Assembly (NCBI RefSeq): GCF_000315625.1 | Contig: NW_005434673.1 | Span: forward strand, 978,828-1,042,827 | Length of the DNA: 64,000 bases | DNA from: Guillardia theta CCMP2712 | Lineage: Eukaryota > Protista > Cryptophyta | Reading direction: 5' to 3' | In this document: in pieces, positions 34,425-47,120 of the stretch | How positions within the stretch are numbered: the first letter of the stretch is position 1 | How the letters are laid out: every line of letters begins with the position of its first letter | Made by a program: the position numbers and the translations under genes | Notes under the pieces: generated by a model | Seen by the model: the letters and a program-made list of their open reading frames with translations, nothing else | Databases searched by the model: none | Told to the model about the DNA's origin: nothing

Positions 34425-37420
34425 ATGTCGGCGATAGGCGGTAAGCGAAGCGATGGAGGAGGGGAGGAGAGATGTCCGGTAGCAGTAGAGGAGGATGTAG
34501 CTTCTGTCCATGTCCGTACAGCAGAGCAGGAGGTGCAAGCGGACGATGTGCAATGTTCGGAGGTCAGATCCCAAGCACGAGAATCAGTACGGTCCGAGGT
34601 TGCAAAGCGAGGAACCAAGAATGAGAAGGTCTCTGGTGACTCTTGGGAGCAGCAGGGCCTCTGGTGACTTGAGGTGCTTTAGCATTGAGAGAGTAGACTG
34701 ATGTCTCGGCATCATCACATCCTAGTCCCTCAAGTCCGAAACCTTTCTCGGAATGGCATGTCGTGTTAGGAATGTTATTCTCAGCTGCCCATCTACCTTG
34801 TTCTCGACCTTCGCTGACAACGGCTTGAAGGCGAGGACCTAGAGAAGCTGTTGGAGAGGATTCGGAGGAAACACGAGGTAAGGACCATGGGTGGTTCCCT
34901 GGTGCAAGAAGCTGACTGGGTTGTGTGTGTTCCAGTCGCAGCAAGGTGCGTCCAACCCGAGGTCTACAGTAGGGATCGTTCTGGAAGGTGAAGCGACGCG
35001 TGGGAGTCTCGATCCCCCGCAGCTGACTAATGGCTCCTATCAGGCGTCGCTGTGAACCTGGTAGTCCCTCGAAGCCCAGCTGACAAGTGAGCTGCTCATG
35101 TTCTTGTCGCCTCCTCTCAGCTGACACCCTTGGCAGGACGTACAACGGGCTCAAGATTGAGAACGGTGATGTCGTCACGAAGATCGATGGGGCCCCGGTC
35201 ACCAAGAGCGACGTCGCAGCTCAGCTCCGAGGGCGAGACATCCCTGGAGAGATCGTGACCGTTTCGATCATGAAAGCTCACAGCAATAGGGAGGTTGACT
35301 TCAAGCTGACCAAGGCGGACATGCGCTCTGTGCTGCACTACAAGGACCTGTTTCTCACCCTTGGGGAGCTGAACTCTGAGAACTCAGTGATCAAGTCAGA
35401 GAAAGTCTCGAAGAAGATTGTAGAGCTCGAGAACAGGGTCAACAACATCATGGAGTTTCACAGCTTGCGAGACAGCAGCAATCATGCTCATGTAGAAGAG
35501 TTGGAGCAGCTCGTGCGCGAAGTTTCACTTTCCAATCAAGAGATCGCGAACAAGTGTGCGAATCTCGAGGCGACGTTGAGGGCGCAGGAACGGGAGAAGG
35601 AGAGCGCTGGCAGAGATTTTGAGAGCATTAAAGGAGCAGAACAAGAGCTACAAAGGAGATTGAGGGAGCTTGAGAGAGAACGTGACGAGACCAAGAGGCA
35701 GCTCGATGGCGCTAGGGTTGCAAACAACAACTTGCAGTGGACAGAGAAGCAGTTGGAGAGTTGTCGCAGCGAAGTCGAGACTCTCACAGCTGCAAACAAC
35801 AACTTGTCAGAGCAGTTGAGGGCGTGCAAGGAGTCGGAGAAGAGCTCCGAGGCAGAGAGGAACCGATCTCGCCAGGACTTCTCCATGCTCAGCCAACTGG
35901 TAGAAGACTTGAAGAAGCAAATCGATGTGATACCTTGTCTGTTTACTAGGGCTCAGCGTTGACTTGCCTGCCAGGTGATCAGAGGGAATGAGAGCAAGTT
36001 GACGAACGACCTATCGGACGAGAGGAAGAGAGCCCAGGAGCTGGAGGAGCGGCTCAAGGGCGCGGAAGATGTTTTCACCAAGAAGATGAAGGCGGCAGAG
36101 GCGGAGGCTCTCGAGATGGTCAGGTTGCAGCAGCAGGTCAAGGAAGAGGCTCAGGTCAAGGCAGACCTTCAGGTAAGACTCGCCGTCCCGTTTGCCCCTT
36201 GTCTTGACCCCCAGCTGCCAGGCCCAGCAGATGGCTCTGAACCGGGAGTTGAGCTTCTCCAAGGCGACGATCTCGAAGCTGGAAAAGGAGTTGGAAGATC
36301 TGTCGTACATCAAGGAGGAGCAGGCGAAGAACGACTCAAAGAGCATCAAGGACGTGTTCGATGAGTGCGCGAGACTGAAGGATGAGCTCGCGACCCTAAG
36401 GCTGGACGCTTCCAAGAACGACTTCTTCCTCCAGCAGACGAAGGACCGCTGCTTCTTCCTCGAGCAGCAGCTGGCGGAGAGCAGGGACTTATTGAAGATC
36501 ACCTCTTCCGAGCTTGAGTGGGAGAAAGCTGAGAACTATGACCTCAAGGAGAAGATCGCAAAGGGCTCTCGGGGATCCCAGCTGACGTCCAGCATGGAGC
36601 CCGTCGAGTCGGCTAAGATGAGTGTCCTGAGGGCAGAGAACGAAGACCTTCGCAAGAAAGTCGACTCTCTGCGAGAGGAGCGGCGGCAGGTGAAGTCTCG
36701 AGGAGGAGGAGGAGGAGGAGGGGGCGAGCTGACACTGTGCAGGCCAGGGAGACAATGGAGAGGCAGCGGGCCGGCCTGGACGCGCTGCAGCTGGGGTATG
36801 GGCAAGCGATCAAGAGCCCCTTGGACATGGATGCTCGCGTGCGGATCCAGACACTCCAGGTAGCGGTGGAGCAGCGAGACCAGGAGATTCTTCAGCTCAG
36901 GAGGCAGCTGGAAGATGCCATGGTGAAGAAGCGGCAAATCCCGCTCTACTCGGGGCAGCAGGCGACTCCCGACCAGCTGAGTGACGGCAGGAAGGGGAGG
37001 AGGGAGGGAGGAGGAAGGAGATCGGCTGCATTTCCGCTGTTCAACGCGCGCACGGACGACATACCTCAAGTCGCCACCATCGCTCTTTTCCTCCTGTGCC
37101 TGGACAGCCTCGTCATCCATGTCCAGGATACTTACTTCCATGGCGACAAGGGCGGCGTCCTGGGGTTCCTCTTCATCTGCGGCTCGCTCGCTGCTGTCAT
37201 CTTTGTGCTCCTCACGCTCTTCAAGTTCTTCTTGCGGCTGCTGGGGGAGAGAAATCAGGAGGTGAGGAGAGGAGGAGGAGGAGGAGGAGGAGAGGGGAAC
37301 GCAAGTATCCTGACGGAGGCCGAGCAGGAGAAGGTGACTGTGCAGGTGATATCGGAGCACGCTCCTTTACTTCCCTTCCAGCAAGGGAGCTACGTCAGCG
37401 AGTCCCGTCCTCAGATGTAA
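34425..37420 (+). CDS. PDZ domain + long coiled coil + two C-terminal TM helices; start uncertain
   Basis: Spliced STVGIVLE/GVAVNLVVPRSPAD/KTYNGLKIENGDVVTKIDG (PDZ); heptad-rich exons 35400-36930; hydrophobic IALFLLCLDSLVI and GVLGFLFICGSLAAVIFVLLTLF. Confidence 0.7.
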
Positions 37421-37845
37421 GTCATATCCTCCCCTCCTCCCCCCAGCCCTTTCCCAGTGCTCTTGCCTTTGGGCTCCTGCTTCTCCTTGCCCCCCTTCTT
37501 CCGCCTCCCTGTCCTTCTTCTTCACTCGTGACCGAGGCAATCGACGCAGGGAGCAAGGAGCAGAGGGAGCGCGCAAGAGCAACAAGAAGCAAGATATCAG
37601 GTGCTCCTCCTCTCCCCTCACGCTCCCAATAACAAGTTTGCAAGATGGTCCAACAGCACCGGCCAACCCCACCACGATGTGTAGAAAATCATGTAAATGT
37701 TTAGTTGAGGTCTATTACAGAAGTTTTTCCCCATCAAGGCTCCTAAATCTCTCTCCTCTCCTTCCCACCCGTTCGATAGCCCGAAACAGGTGACAAGGTT
37801 AGTAGCTGTTGACGAGCGCACTCCCTTGAGACACTCGCTCTTCCT

Positions 37846-38643
37846 CTAGAACCAGGAGTTCTCAGAGGCCACAGCCCAGAAGAGCAGTCCTCCACCAGCT
37901 AGGATCACCTGGTATCAAACAACAACCATGTCAGGCAGGAGAAGACAGGACGCGATCTGAAATGTGTTGGAGTGTTTCATCAACATGAACCTGGGACAGA
38001 TGAGAAGATCATTGCAGTGAGGACTCACCGGCAGGACAACGAAGACTCCTCCCTGGTTCACAAACTCGCTGTCTTCCTTCACCTCCTGCTTATCCTTGCC
38101 CTGCATGCTTTTCCATTGCTCCTCGTCGATAGGCTGCGCATACATGACGTTAGCTGATCCTTCCTCTCATCCAGCAAGACACAGATGCATCATGCTCCTC
38201 ACCTGCTCCATCTTGTTCAACAGGGAGATGGCAGTGTTTGCCGTCGCCGCGATGGCTGTAGTTCCAATCTTGATCGTCTCCTTTTGCGCCCGCTCCATTG
38301 GGGTCAAAACTTGCTCTTCCCCTGTGGACTTGTCCTCTACTCCTCCTTCTTTCCCCAGCCCGAGAGACGCGATGCGGCTCTCGAGCTCCTCGTCTGAGAG
38401 AGTGGAAGAGATCACCTCCTCCTCCTCCTCCTCCTCCATGGAGTTTGAGGCATCATTGACTGAGGGAACAGAGTCCTTGGACAGGAAGAGAGAAGCACGA
38501 CGGCGAGGAATTCTAGCGCTGACGATAGAGCGGCACAACCCTACGGAAGCATGGGAGGATCGCAGAGGAAGAACGTTGGGAGTGAAGGAGAAGACGCAGA
38601 CGGCACTCAGACACAGGACAAGAGCGAAGAGGGCAGACTTCAT
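37846..38643 (-). CDS. Small plastid-targeted membrane protein of unknown function
   Basis: Leader MKSALFALVLCLSAVCVFS-FTPNV followed by an R/S-rich transit peptide; last exon VILAGGGLLFWAVASENSWF*. Confidence 0.7.
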
Positions 38644-39216
38644 GGTTGCGGGCAGCTCCCAACTTCTCTCAAACTGCCGCAATAGCAATGTCAAGAAAGT
38701 GATGAAAAATCTTCCAACATGTTTGTAAATCAAGTTCATCATCAGTGATACTGACCTGACAAAGTCATCTTTGTCTAGCTTCTTGTTCCATTCTCTAATT
38801 TTCACTGCTCTGTCTACCCCCGCCATGCCTTGTCCTCTCAGCCTCATCTTACCCCTGTGTCTGCCTCCCTGCCATGCCCTCTCTTCACAAATCCCTCCCT
38901 CCTCCCCTCCCTCCCTCCCTCCCTCCCTCCCTCCCCTCCTGCTCTCCCTCCCTGCCATCCCTCTTATAAGTGCTAACACGTATTTTATTTGCCTCCCACT
39001 ACCCTACCCCCACATCAAAGTATATAATCATTTCCAGTAAACAAAGAGGTAGTGGTACATACCCCTACCCATACTTTTTGGGTTGCACCTGCTTTCAGTA
39101 TGTTAGGGGGTGGTCAGTCCGGATTTTGCGAAATCAATTTTGTAGGATGTGTAGAGCAGCGAAGGGAGGAGGGCAGAAGCGGAGAGCTAGGATGCAAGAG
39201 AGAAGAAGAAGGGATG

Positions 39217-39437
39217 AGCAGAGCAGAGCAGAGCAGAGCAGGGCAGAGCAGGGCAGAGCAGAGCAGAGCAGAGCAGGGCAGGGCAGGGCAGGGCAGAGCA
39301 GGGCAGAGCAGAGCAGAGCAGAGCAGAGCAGGGCAGAGCAGAGCAGGGCAGGGCAGGGCAGGGCAGGGCAGGGCAGGGCAGAGCAGAGCAGAGCAGGGCA
39401 GGGCAGGGCAGGGCAGAGCAGCGCAGAGCAGAGCAGA
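39217..39437. repeat. (GCAGA/GCAGG)n pentamer satellite
   Basis: Directly visible; the same unit recurs at 58906-59128. Confidence 0.95.
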
Positions 39438-39499
39438 TCGTTGCGAAGCCTCTAGGCATGCAGAAGTGTGTTTATCAGAGTCTGACCATCTCAGAAGGA

Positions 39500-41053
39500 A
39501 TGGTAGGGCGAACAGTCCTATTGGTCACCGTGGCATTAGTTTTGCTACCCACAAGGTGATAAATCAAGTTCCTTGTACACAAGAACCATGTTCTCTGGAT
39601 CGAGTTGTTGTATCAAAAGCTCTTTGTACTCTGTCTTCCGTGCATCACCGCGCAAGGAACTTCAGTGAAAGGTTTTGCAGCTCTGGATTCCAGACTCGGG
39701 CGGGGTTTGCCAACAATGCAATCAGGACCCATCGATGTGAGAACTTTGTGATTGAACGATTGAACGTGACTTGCAGTTGTAGCGTTGTGCTCTGCCGCTG
39801 CCAGGAATATCCGCATGGGGCTATTCGACTTCCTGAAGCCTGTAGAAGACTCCCTCCCTCTAGTTTCTTCTGATCTCTTGGCTCGCAGCAAGAACAGCAG
39901 CGACCGTCGAGTCCCGACGGGCCATGGAAGGTGTAGGAGGAGCCAGGGGCTCAACATGTCTGAGCAGCCTCACTCGCAGAAGCTGCTGGACGAGGAGACG
40001 GGAAAGAACTACTTCTGGAACACTGAGACCGGTTGTTCGTCCCCTCCCGCTCCTCCAGTGCTGACCGAGCGAGCAGGAGAGACGACGTGGGACAGTCCGT
40101 TGGTGGAGAAGACAGGTACCCATGATAGATCCATATCCTCTCCTCGACTCTCCCGTTTCATCCTCGTCTGATGCTGTCTCTGATCGGTTACAGCAACACT
40201 TGAAGTGAACAAATTCCGACAAGTCAAACGTTTGACATTCTCAACCGTCCCACTAGTCAACTTGACCTTCCGGCAGGTGACACACGGCAGACAGAAGCTC
40301 TGCCGTTCCCTGTGGACTTGCTAGCGGGAACATACCTTGAGGGCAGGCAGCTTTCATGTATCTTCCAGGCGTCTCGGGACGGGTCTGTGAAGCTGACGAG
40401 AGTGCTGGTCTGCTGATCGCCTGTAGATGGTCAGCGAGCAAGTTCCATTCCTTGTGCGACAACAGGGGTCCTTGCGTCGTCTACTGCGAGGTCTTCCATG
40501 AGTCTACCCGGCGCCCCTGCCCGCATGCTGACGGACTTGACGAGCAGACGGAGCAGGGGAGCAGGTTCGGAGCCTTCAACCCTGATGGATGGTGCTCCGA
40601 CGACGACTGTCTGCCCAACTTGCATCCTCCTCCGATCCTGACCGGGAGCATGCAGATCGCTACAACCTCAACACCTTCCTCTTCTTCTGGCCGGCAAAGG
40701 TGCGTCCTCCTCCCGCTGCTTCTCTCTCGTCAGACCCTCCACCAGGATGGTGCGGGTCCTGTCAAGCTGCCCAAGGTGGGAGGAGGAGACACAGCGCTCT
40801 TCGATTATGCTCGGTCTGGGCCTCACTTCGGTGCCGATGGACTCGTTATCGGTGTGAGCTCCTCCTTCTCCTCCTCCTCCTGCTCTCTGAAGTTACAGCT
40901 CACCTTGATGTCGCAGGAGCGGGACAAGCTGCTGTCACCGGTCTGTTTGCAGGGCCAGACTTCAGCGATAGTGACAAGACGCAAGGACAACTGAAGGTGA
41001 GTATGGAGGAAAGACCGCATGGAATGGCGACGATGCGAAGAGGGACTTGGGGA

Positions 41054-41107
<54 letters not shown>

Positions 41108-41500
41108 GGCAGGAGCAGGAGCAGGGGCAGGGGCAGGGGCAGGGGCAGGGGCAGGGGCAGGGGCAGAAGGCTGAATAGGATCATGCAGGATGTCATTTCC
41201 CGGCTTGGACAGAGTTACGCGAGGATCCCGAAGGAGTGAGACCAGCGGAAGAGCTGATTGCTCCTGCGCATGCTCACCCTGCTCCTAAGGTTCGGTCAGA
41301 CGAGCATTCTAGGAGGCGACCGCGAGAGCGCCCGACTTGCCGAAATGAAGGTGCGTCCTGCTTGCAGCCATCATGCGATGATGGGAGGAAGAACAGGTTT
41401 ACGCAGCCCCAGAGCTCTTCTGATTCAGATTTGTACATAAAGCTTGCCTTCTACACCGTCTCTCTGCTGCCGCCGCCGCCGGCTCACTCCTGCTCGGACT
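39500..41500 (+). CDS. Plastid-targeted WW + TLDc domain protein (3' end uncertain, near gap)
   Basis: Spliced leader MVGRTVLLVTVALVLLPTSSG-FQTR..RMGLFDF; WW-like KLLDEETGKNYFWNTETGETTWDSP; TLDc FH.LCDNRGP, FGAFNPDGW, LFDYARSGPHFGADGLVIG, SRLGQSY. Confidence 0.82.
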
Positions 41501-41556
41501 CCTGATAATCCTACTGCTTCGGATACAACCTCCTCCTCTTCCTCCTCCCTCCCTCC

Positions 41557-42192
41557 NNNNNNNNNNNNNNNNNNNNNNNNNNNNNNNNNNNNNNNNNNNN
41601 NNNNNNNNNNNNNNNNNNNNNNNNNNNNNNNNNNNNNNNNNNNNNNNNNNNNNNNNNNNNNNNNNNNNNNNNNNNNNNNNNNNNNNNNNNNNNNNNNNNN
41701 NNNNNNNNNNNNNNNNNNNNNNNNNNNNNNNNNNNNNNNNNNNNNNNNNNNNNNNNNNNNNNNNNNNNNNNNNNNNNNNNNNNNNNNNNNNNNNNNNNNN
41801 NNNNNNNNNNNNNNNNNNNNNNNNNNNNNNNNNNNNNNNNNNNNNNNNNNNNNNNNNNNNNNNNNNNNNNNNNNNNNNNNNNNNNNNNNNNNNNNNNNNN
41901 NNNNNNNNNNNNNNNNNNNNNNNNNNNNNNNNNNNNNNNNNNNNNNNNNNNNNNNNNNNNNNNNNNNNNNNNNNNNNNNNNNNNNNNNNNNNNNNNNNNN
42001 NNNNNNNNNNNNNNNNNNNNNNNNNNNNNNNNNNNNNNNNNNNNNNNNNNNNNNNNNNNNNNNNNNNNNNNNNNNNNNNNNNNNNNNNNNNNNNNNNNNN
42101 NNNNNNNNNNNNNNNNNNNNNNNNNNNNNNNNNNNNNNNNNNNNNNNNNNNNNNNNNNNNNNNNNNNNNNNNNNNNNNNNNNNNNNNNNNNN
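41557..42192. other. Assembly gap (N run) flanked by CT-rich microsatellites
   Basis: N run. Confidence 1.
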
Positions 42193-42405
42193 TAGGCCAA
42201 CTTCCCCCTCCTCTCCTCTCCCTCTCCTCTCCTCTCCTCTCCTCTCCTCTCCTCTCCTCTCCTCTCCTCTCCTCTCTTCCTCTCTCTCTCTCCTCTTCTT
42301 CTCCTCTTGTCTCCCTTCCCCTCTGTCTCCCCTTCTTCCTTCTCTTCTTCTCCTTTCCTCCTCCTATCATATTCTATCGACGTGAACTTACGATGCTGAT
42401 CCAGG

Positions 42406-42875
42406 CAGCTTGCACTGTCCGACGACCTGAAGAGAGCATACAGCCATGTGAACCCCTCCCCCCTCCCCTCGCCTCCCTCGCCTCCCCTACGCCCCCCCCC
42501 TCTCCCCCCCCCCTCTCTTGACTTCCCTGCATTCCTCCTCCTGTGAATTGACCAATTCTTCAGATCCTGATGTCCAAGTCATCGAGACGAGGGGCAAGGG
42601 GAGAGGGCTGCAGGCTGCATGCGCCATCAGCAAGGGGACGATTGTTTGCGAGTACCTTGGAGAGATTTTGCCGATGCATGAAGCAAGAAAGCGACAGAAG
42701 TTGCCTGTGAGCTTGCTGATCTTGCCGACCATGACATGTTGTAGGAGGTATGATGAGATGACACCTCCGTTGAATTATGTCTACGTGCTCAGGGAGATCT
42801 TCATTCGAGGAGGTATGCCTTACATCTCTCCATCTACTCTTCCTCCTTTTCTGCTTCCTCCTCGTCCTCCTCGTC

Positions 42876-42911
<36 letters not shown>

Positions 42912-43543
42912 CTCGTCCTCCTCCTCCTCGTCCTCGTCCTCGTCCTCGTCCTCCTCGTCCTCCTCCTCCTCCTCCTCCTCCTCCTCCTCCTCCTTGGCCT
43001 TCTCCTCCGCAATTCAAGTGACCATCACAAGGCCGAGAGGTCGCTCTTCGGACGACAGTAGATGCGACTATCTTCGGTCTCTTTTTGCCTCTGCAGCTTT
43101 CAAGTTGATCTTTTCACTCAGGCAGCGTCGGGCGATTCGTCAATCACTCGTGTGACCCCAACATGGAAGCAAAGCCCGTAACCTGCTCCTGCTCCCTCAC
43201 CGCCCCTCCCTCTCTCCCCCCTTCTGCTCCCTCTCCCTTCCCCCGCCCCTACCCCTGCCTGCCGCCATCACCATTGAGCATGTGCTGATCACAGTGAAGG
43301 TTCGAATCGACGCGGCTCTTCCTCGCATTCTCTTCTGCGCTAGTCGGGACATTCTAGCTGGGGAGGAGCTGACCATTAGCTACGGAGAAGGTTGTTGACG
43401 TGAGCCTTGAGCCGTTTGTGACGACTTATCCAACACCAGCAGATGCTCACGGAGGGGGCAGCAAGTGCGTATGTGGGGCAGAAGCATGTCGGGGAAGCCT
43501 CCCAAGGGAGGAAAGTTTGTACGAGGAAGAGGAGAAGAGGTGA
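42406..43543 (+). CDS. SET-domain lysine methyltransferase with post-SET; 5' end probably in the gap
   Basis: GKGRGL, GT.VCEYLGE, DA..FGSVGRFVNHSCDPN, A.RDI.AGEELTISYG, post-SET CVCGAEACRG. Confidence 0.88.
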
Positions 43544-43756
43544 AGAAGAGTCGTCACATGAGCCTGTTGATCCGATCAGTACAATTCATCCATGTTACAA
43601 GTCCTCAACTTCATCGTCTCCTCTACATAACTCTGCACGTCAGTTGGCATGCTGCTCTGAAAGTTGCCGGATTCTCTTCGTTCCGTTCACATGTTACCTT
43701 GTTCCTTGACAAACAGTCTTGCTCCTTCAATCCTCTGCGCGTCCTCCTTCGGCTGT

Positions 43757-46700
43757 TCAAGAAGATCTTTGTCCGCCTTGCATCTGTTGATGTGTTACAG
43801 GTTTCCTTCCCTGCACTGAGTTCTTGGCAGTATAGCTCCCCCGATTGTCTCTTCCATGATTGCCAGTTATTGCTGCATTTCCTTGAGAGTTGACACGCCT
43901 CCGACCTCGCTGAGAGATAGTCTGCTGGTCTCCTTCTTTCAAATTAGTCTGCTTCCCTGCCGCCTGAGAGATCCTCTGCTTGGCTGCTCCCCGCGAGTTG
44001 CCCTTGTCACTCAGGTTACTCGCTTGTTGCTCGACATTCTCGTTCATCACGACATTCGTCGGTTCTGCTTTCTTTTCCAAGTCCACAGGTTGCACATTCA
44101 CGAGGCCCTTGAGGTTCAGCAGCAACTTCCGGTCCTGTTCCAATGCTTGCTGACTCTTGACCTCCTTGCCTTTACTTGCTTGCTCGAAATTCTTTGGACC
44201 GGAAGAGGGCTGAACTCCGGTCGTCACCTTGCCGTTGTTGGCTGCCTTGCCCTGGACGGCTCCATCCGCTGGCCTTGGTTTCATCTTTACGCCTTCTTCT
44301 TCCACTTCATCAATCTGTTCTTGCGAGGTGGGTTCTAACGAGCACTCGCTGTCTTTCAGAAACGCGTATTTTACCTAGAACAAAGTTCGTTTCAACAAAA
44401 TCTCGTGACAACAGCGAGAATGATGACAGCGAAGCATTCGAGCCGAAAGAATCTTATGTGTACTAACCGTCAATTGGTCCTTTGAGCCAAAGTTCCACTT
44501 CCGCTTGTTCTCTTTGTCATTCAGGTACGATTTCACGAAGAGATGAAATTCCTATCATTATGGTGAGCATCTTTGGAGCAGAATCACCACAACTACCTCT
44601 TGCTGTCCTGTCTCAATTTTCAGTGTCGGATCAGCCCCTACGGTTACCGGAGGAGTGACCTCGTACTTTGTGATACGAGACACATGGATTATCATCCTGC
44701 GACTCTGCTTGCAAGCCTGCATGCTGATGCGCAATGGATGCTCTTGCCCGTATCTCTGTATCACTTCATGCAGGATATGCGAAACGATCTTCATAGACTG
44801 AGCTGAAGGTGAGCTGTAGACGACAGACTGGAGAGCCCTCTCACCTCATCGAAGAAGAATCTACCCATCTGCGGTGACCCGTAGAGCAGAGTGTCCATAT
44901 AATCCAGCGTGATATATTGGAACCCAAAAATTTCCTGAGAACCAACAGCTTAAATGAAGGGTTCATTTGGTAGAGGATAGCCTACCTGAGTGTTGTGATA
45001 TGTTACAAATGCACCATCCATCGCACCGATTCTGAGCTGGCACGAGTACTTCAAGAAGGCAGATCGGAGCATGTCATACAACTCTCGTTCAAACGAGTGC
45101 CACAGGCCGTATTGTTGGGTGATGCGATAGTCAGTGAAGTGAAGGTGGCATTCCTCAGAGGGGATGTCAGGGAGTATATTGTAGCAATTGCGGATAGCGT
45201 GAGTGGCCCTTGTCTTGAGATCGAAGATCTTGTTCTTTCCCAGAACACAGTCCAACTAGGAGAGAATGATCACAATCTAAACCCTAGAAAGACAAGAATT
45301 TACCTGCGAGCGTAACATAATGCCGTTGCTGATAGAGAAATTGTACGCTCCGAGCAAGAGCTCCTCTGGGAATTCAGGCATTTCGTCGCTTCCCAGCGGT
45401 TTCAACATCAGCGAGTTGAAGGTTTTCTTGTCCATGGTCAGCATTCTCTCCATCGCCTTCCCCAAGTCCATCAAGATCTTGTTCCTCTGTTCTTTCTCGT
45501 TCTCAGCATTGATGCACATTATTCCGTTGTGCGGGATCAGATGGACTACGGCAGGTTTCAACCTGATCGTGGATGTGAACTGATTGGGCATGTTTCGAAA
45601 GGCAGAAGAAAATTTGGAAATGTCCACCGGCTTCCAGTTGGAGAGCAGCTGGGGTATCGAATCAGCACACCGTCTCCTCTACCACAGCAGCAACAACTCA
45701 CCATGTACGCGTGCGAGTACAACCCCGAGATCGAGCTGGTAGAGGCCTGAAATGATGCTCCGTGTTCGGCAGCGAGTTTGTTGAGCTTGGCATCTTGAGA
45801 CGGAGGGATGAAAGGAGGGATCCCGGCCCAATTTATCTCATCTGGCTGCGCGATCTTCTTGAGGAAGCTGTCAAAGTGGGCCCCACGGAACTTGCTCGAG
45901 AGCGGCACGGGAGTCTCGGTCTTGGTGCTGATAATCTTCGAGAGCCCATGGGCAAGCTCGGGTACCTCAGCGTCCGGGCCGTGGGCCTCAATTAATTGGA
46001 AGCCAACAGGTTTTGGGAGAGCATTCCACGTCACGTCCGAGGGGACATACCTCTTCGGCGTGTCCCTCGACAGGTTGTCGCGAGACTTTCGGGCAGTCTT
46101 GATGCTGCTGCGGTGCTCCTTCAGCCATTGCGCTGCCGCTGCTTCCGCTGCCGTCCCTCTGCTGTCCCCCTGCCCGCTAGAGCTCCTGCCGGCACCCTTG
46201 ACTTCGCAAATTTCGGAGCCTCCAGTGCCTGACTTCTGATACGAGAACAAAGGCTCCGGAAGTCGGAAAATTCTGAACAAAGAGAAGAGTTCAGAGCGAG
46301 ACGATTTACCCTGCTTCGCTTGCTCCGCCTGCGTCGTCTGGTCCTCTTGCTGCCAGCCGACCATCACTGTTCAAACGAGGAGAGGAAACATGTCAACGTA
46401 CCCCAGACGAGACTTCAACTTTCGCTGGTTCTTGTCTTGTACTGCTCTCCACCGGTGCATTTGATCCGCTTTGATTGCCTGACTGAGCGGCAAGGAAGGC
46501 GAGGAATCTTCTCTCGCTAGCCGCCCATGGTAGGACACATTTCCTGAGGGCGCTCTTCAGCATCATCCTGTGCTGGGATTCAAGATGTCCTCAGATCCTA
46601 TCTTGCAGTAAATGTGGGTTCTATCAGACTCAGAGAGCAGGTGGTTCCTCCGATGTGCAGCTGCAAACTTCGTACTGTCCCTGCACCACGGTTGTAAAGT

Positions 46701-46902
46701 CCAAATCTTACACAAAATCCGCTGACAGGTTGAACATGAACAAGCTATCAGGGGCTTTTGGATCCTCGTTTCTACTGGATGACGTTATGAAGTCCCTTGC
46801 TTGTCTTGCTCCTCGTTCCGCCCCCTCCTCGCCTTCTTCTCTCGCCTCTTCCCCTGCTCCTGCCTTCGCAGCCCTGCATAACAGCGGTTCACGTGCCCAC
46901 AT
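43757..46902 (-). CDS. PET127: Pet127 mitochondrial 5'-3' exoribonuclease homolog
   Basis: STSSIS, ILMDLGKAMERMLT, MLRSQ, IFDLKTRATHAIR, SFERELYDMLRSAFLKYS.QLRIG.MDGAFVTYHNT/EIFGFQYI. 3' end approximate. Confidence 0.88.
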
Positions 46903-47120
46903 CAGACACTAATGAAAGACCCCCCGGTGGGGTGGGGTGGAGGTCAGGATGGGGGTCAAGGGGTTGTGAGTCCTAGGCAAATTCGTGCTAAAAGTCCCCA
47001 GGTGGGTGGGTTATGATGCCCAACCCCCCTGGGGTGGGTACAGCTTCAGAGGTAGAACGACTGGGGGTGATTTTGTGGGTTTGCCAGGGTGGGGGGTGGG
47101 GAAAAGCAAAACTTCACATC

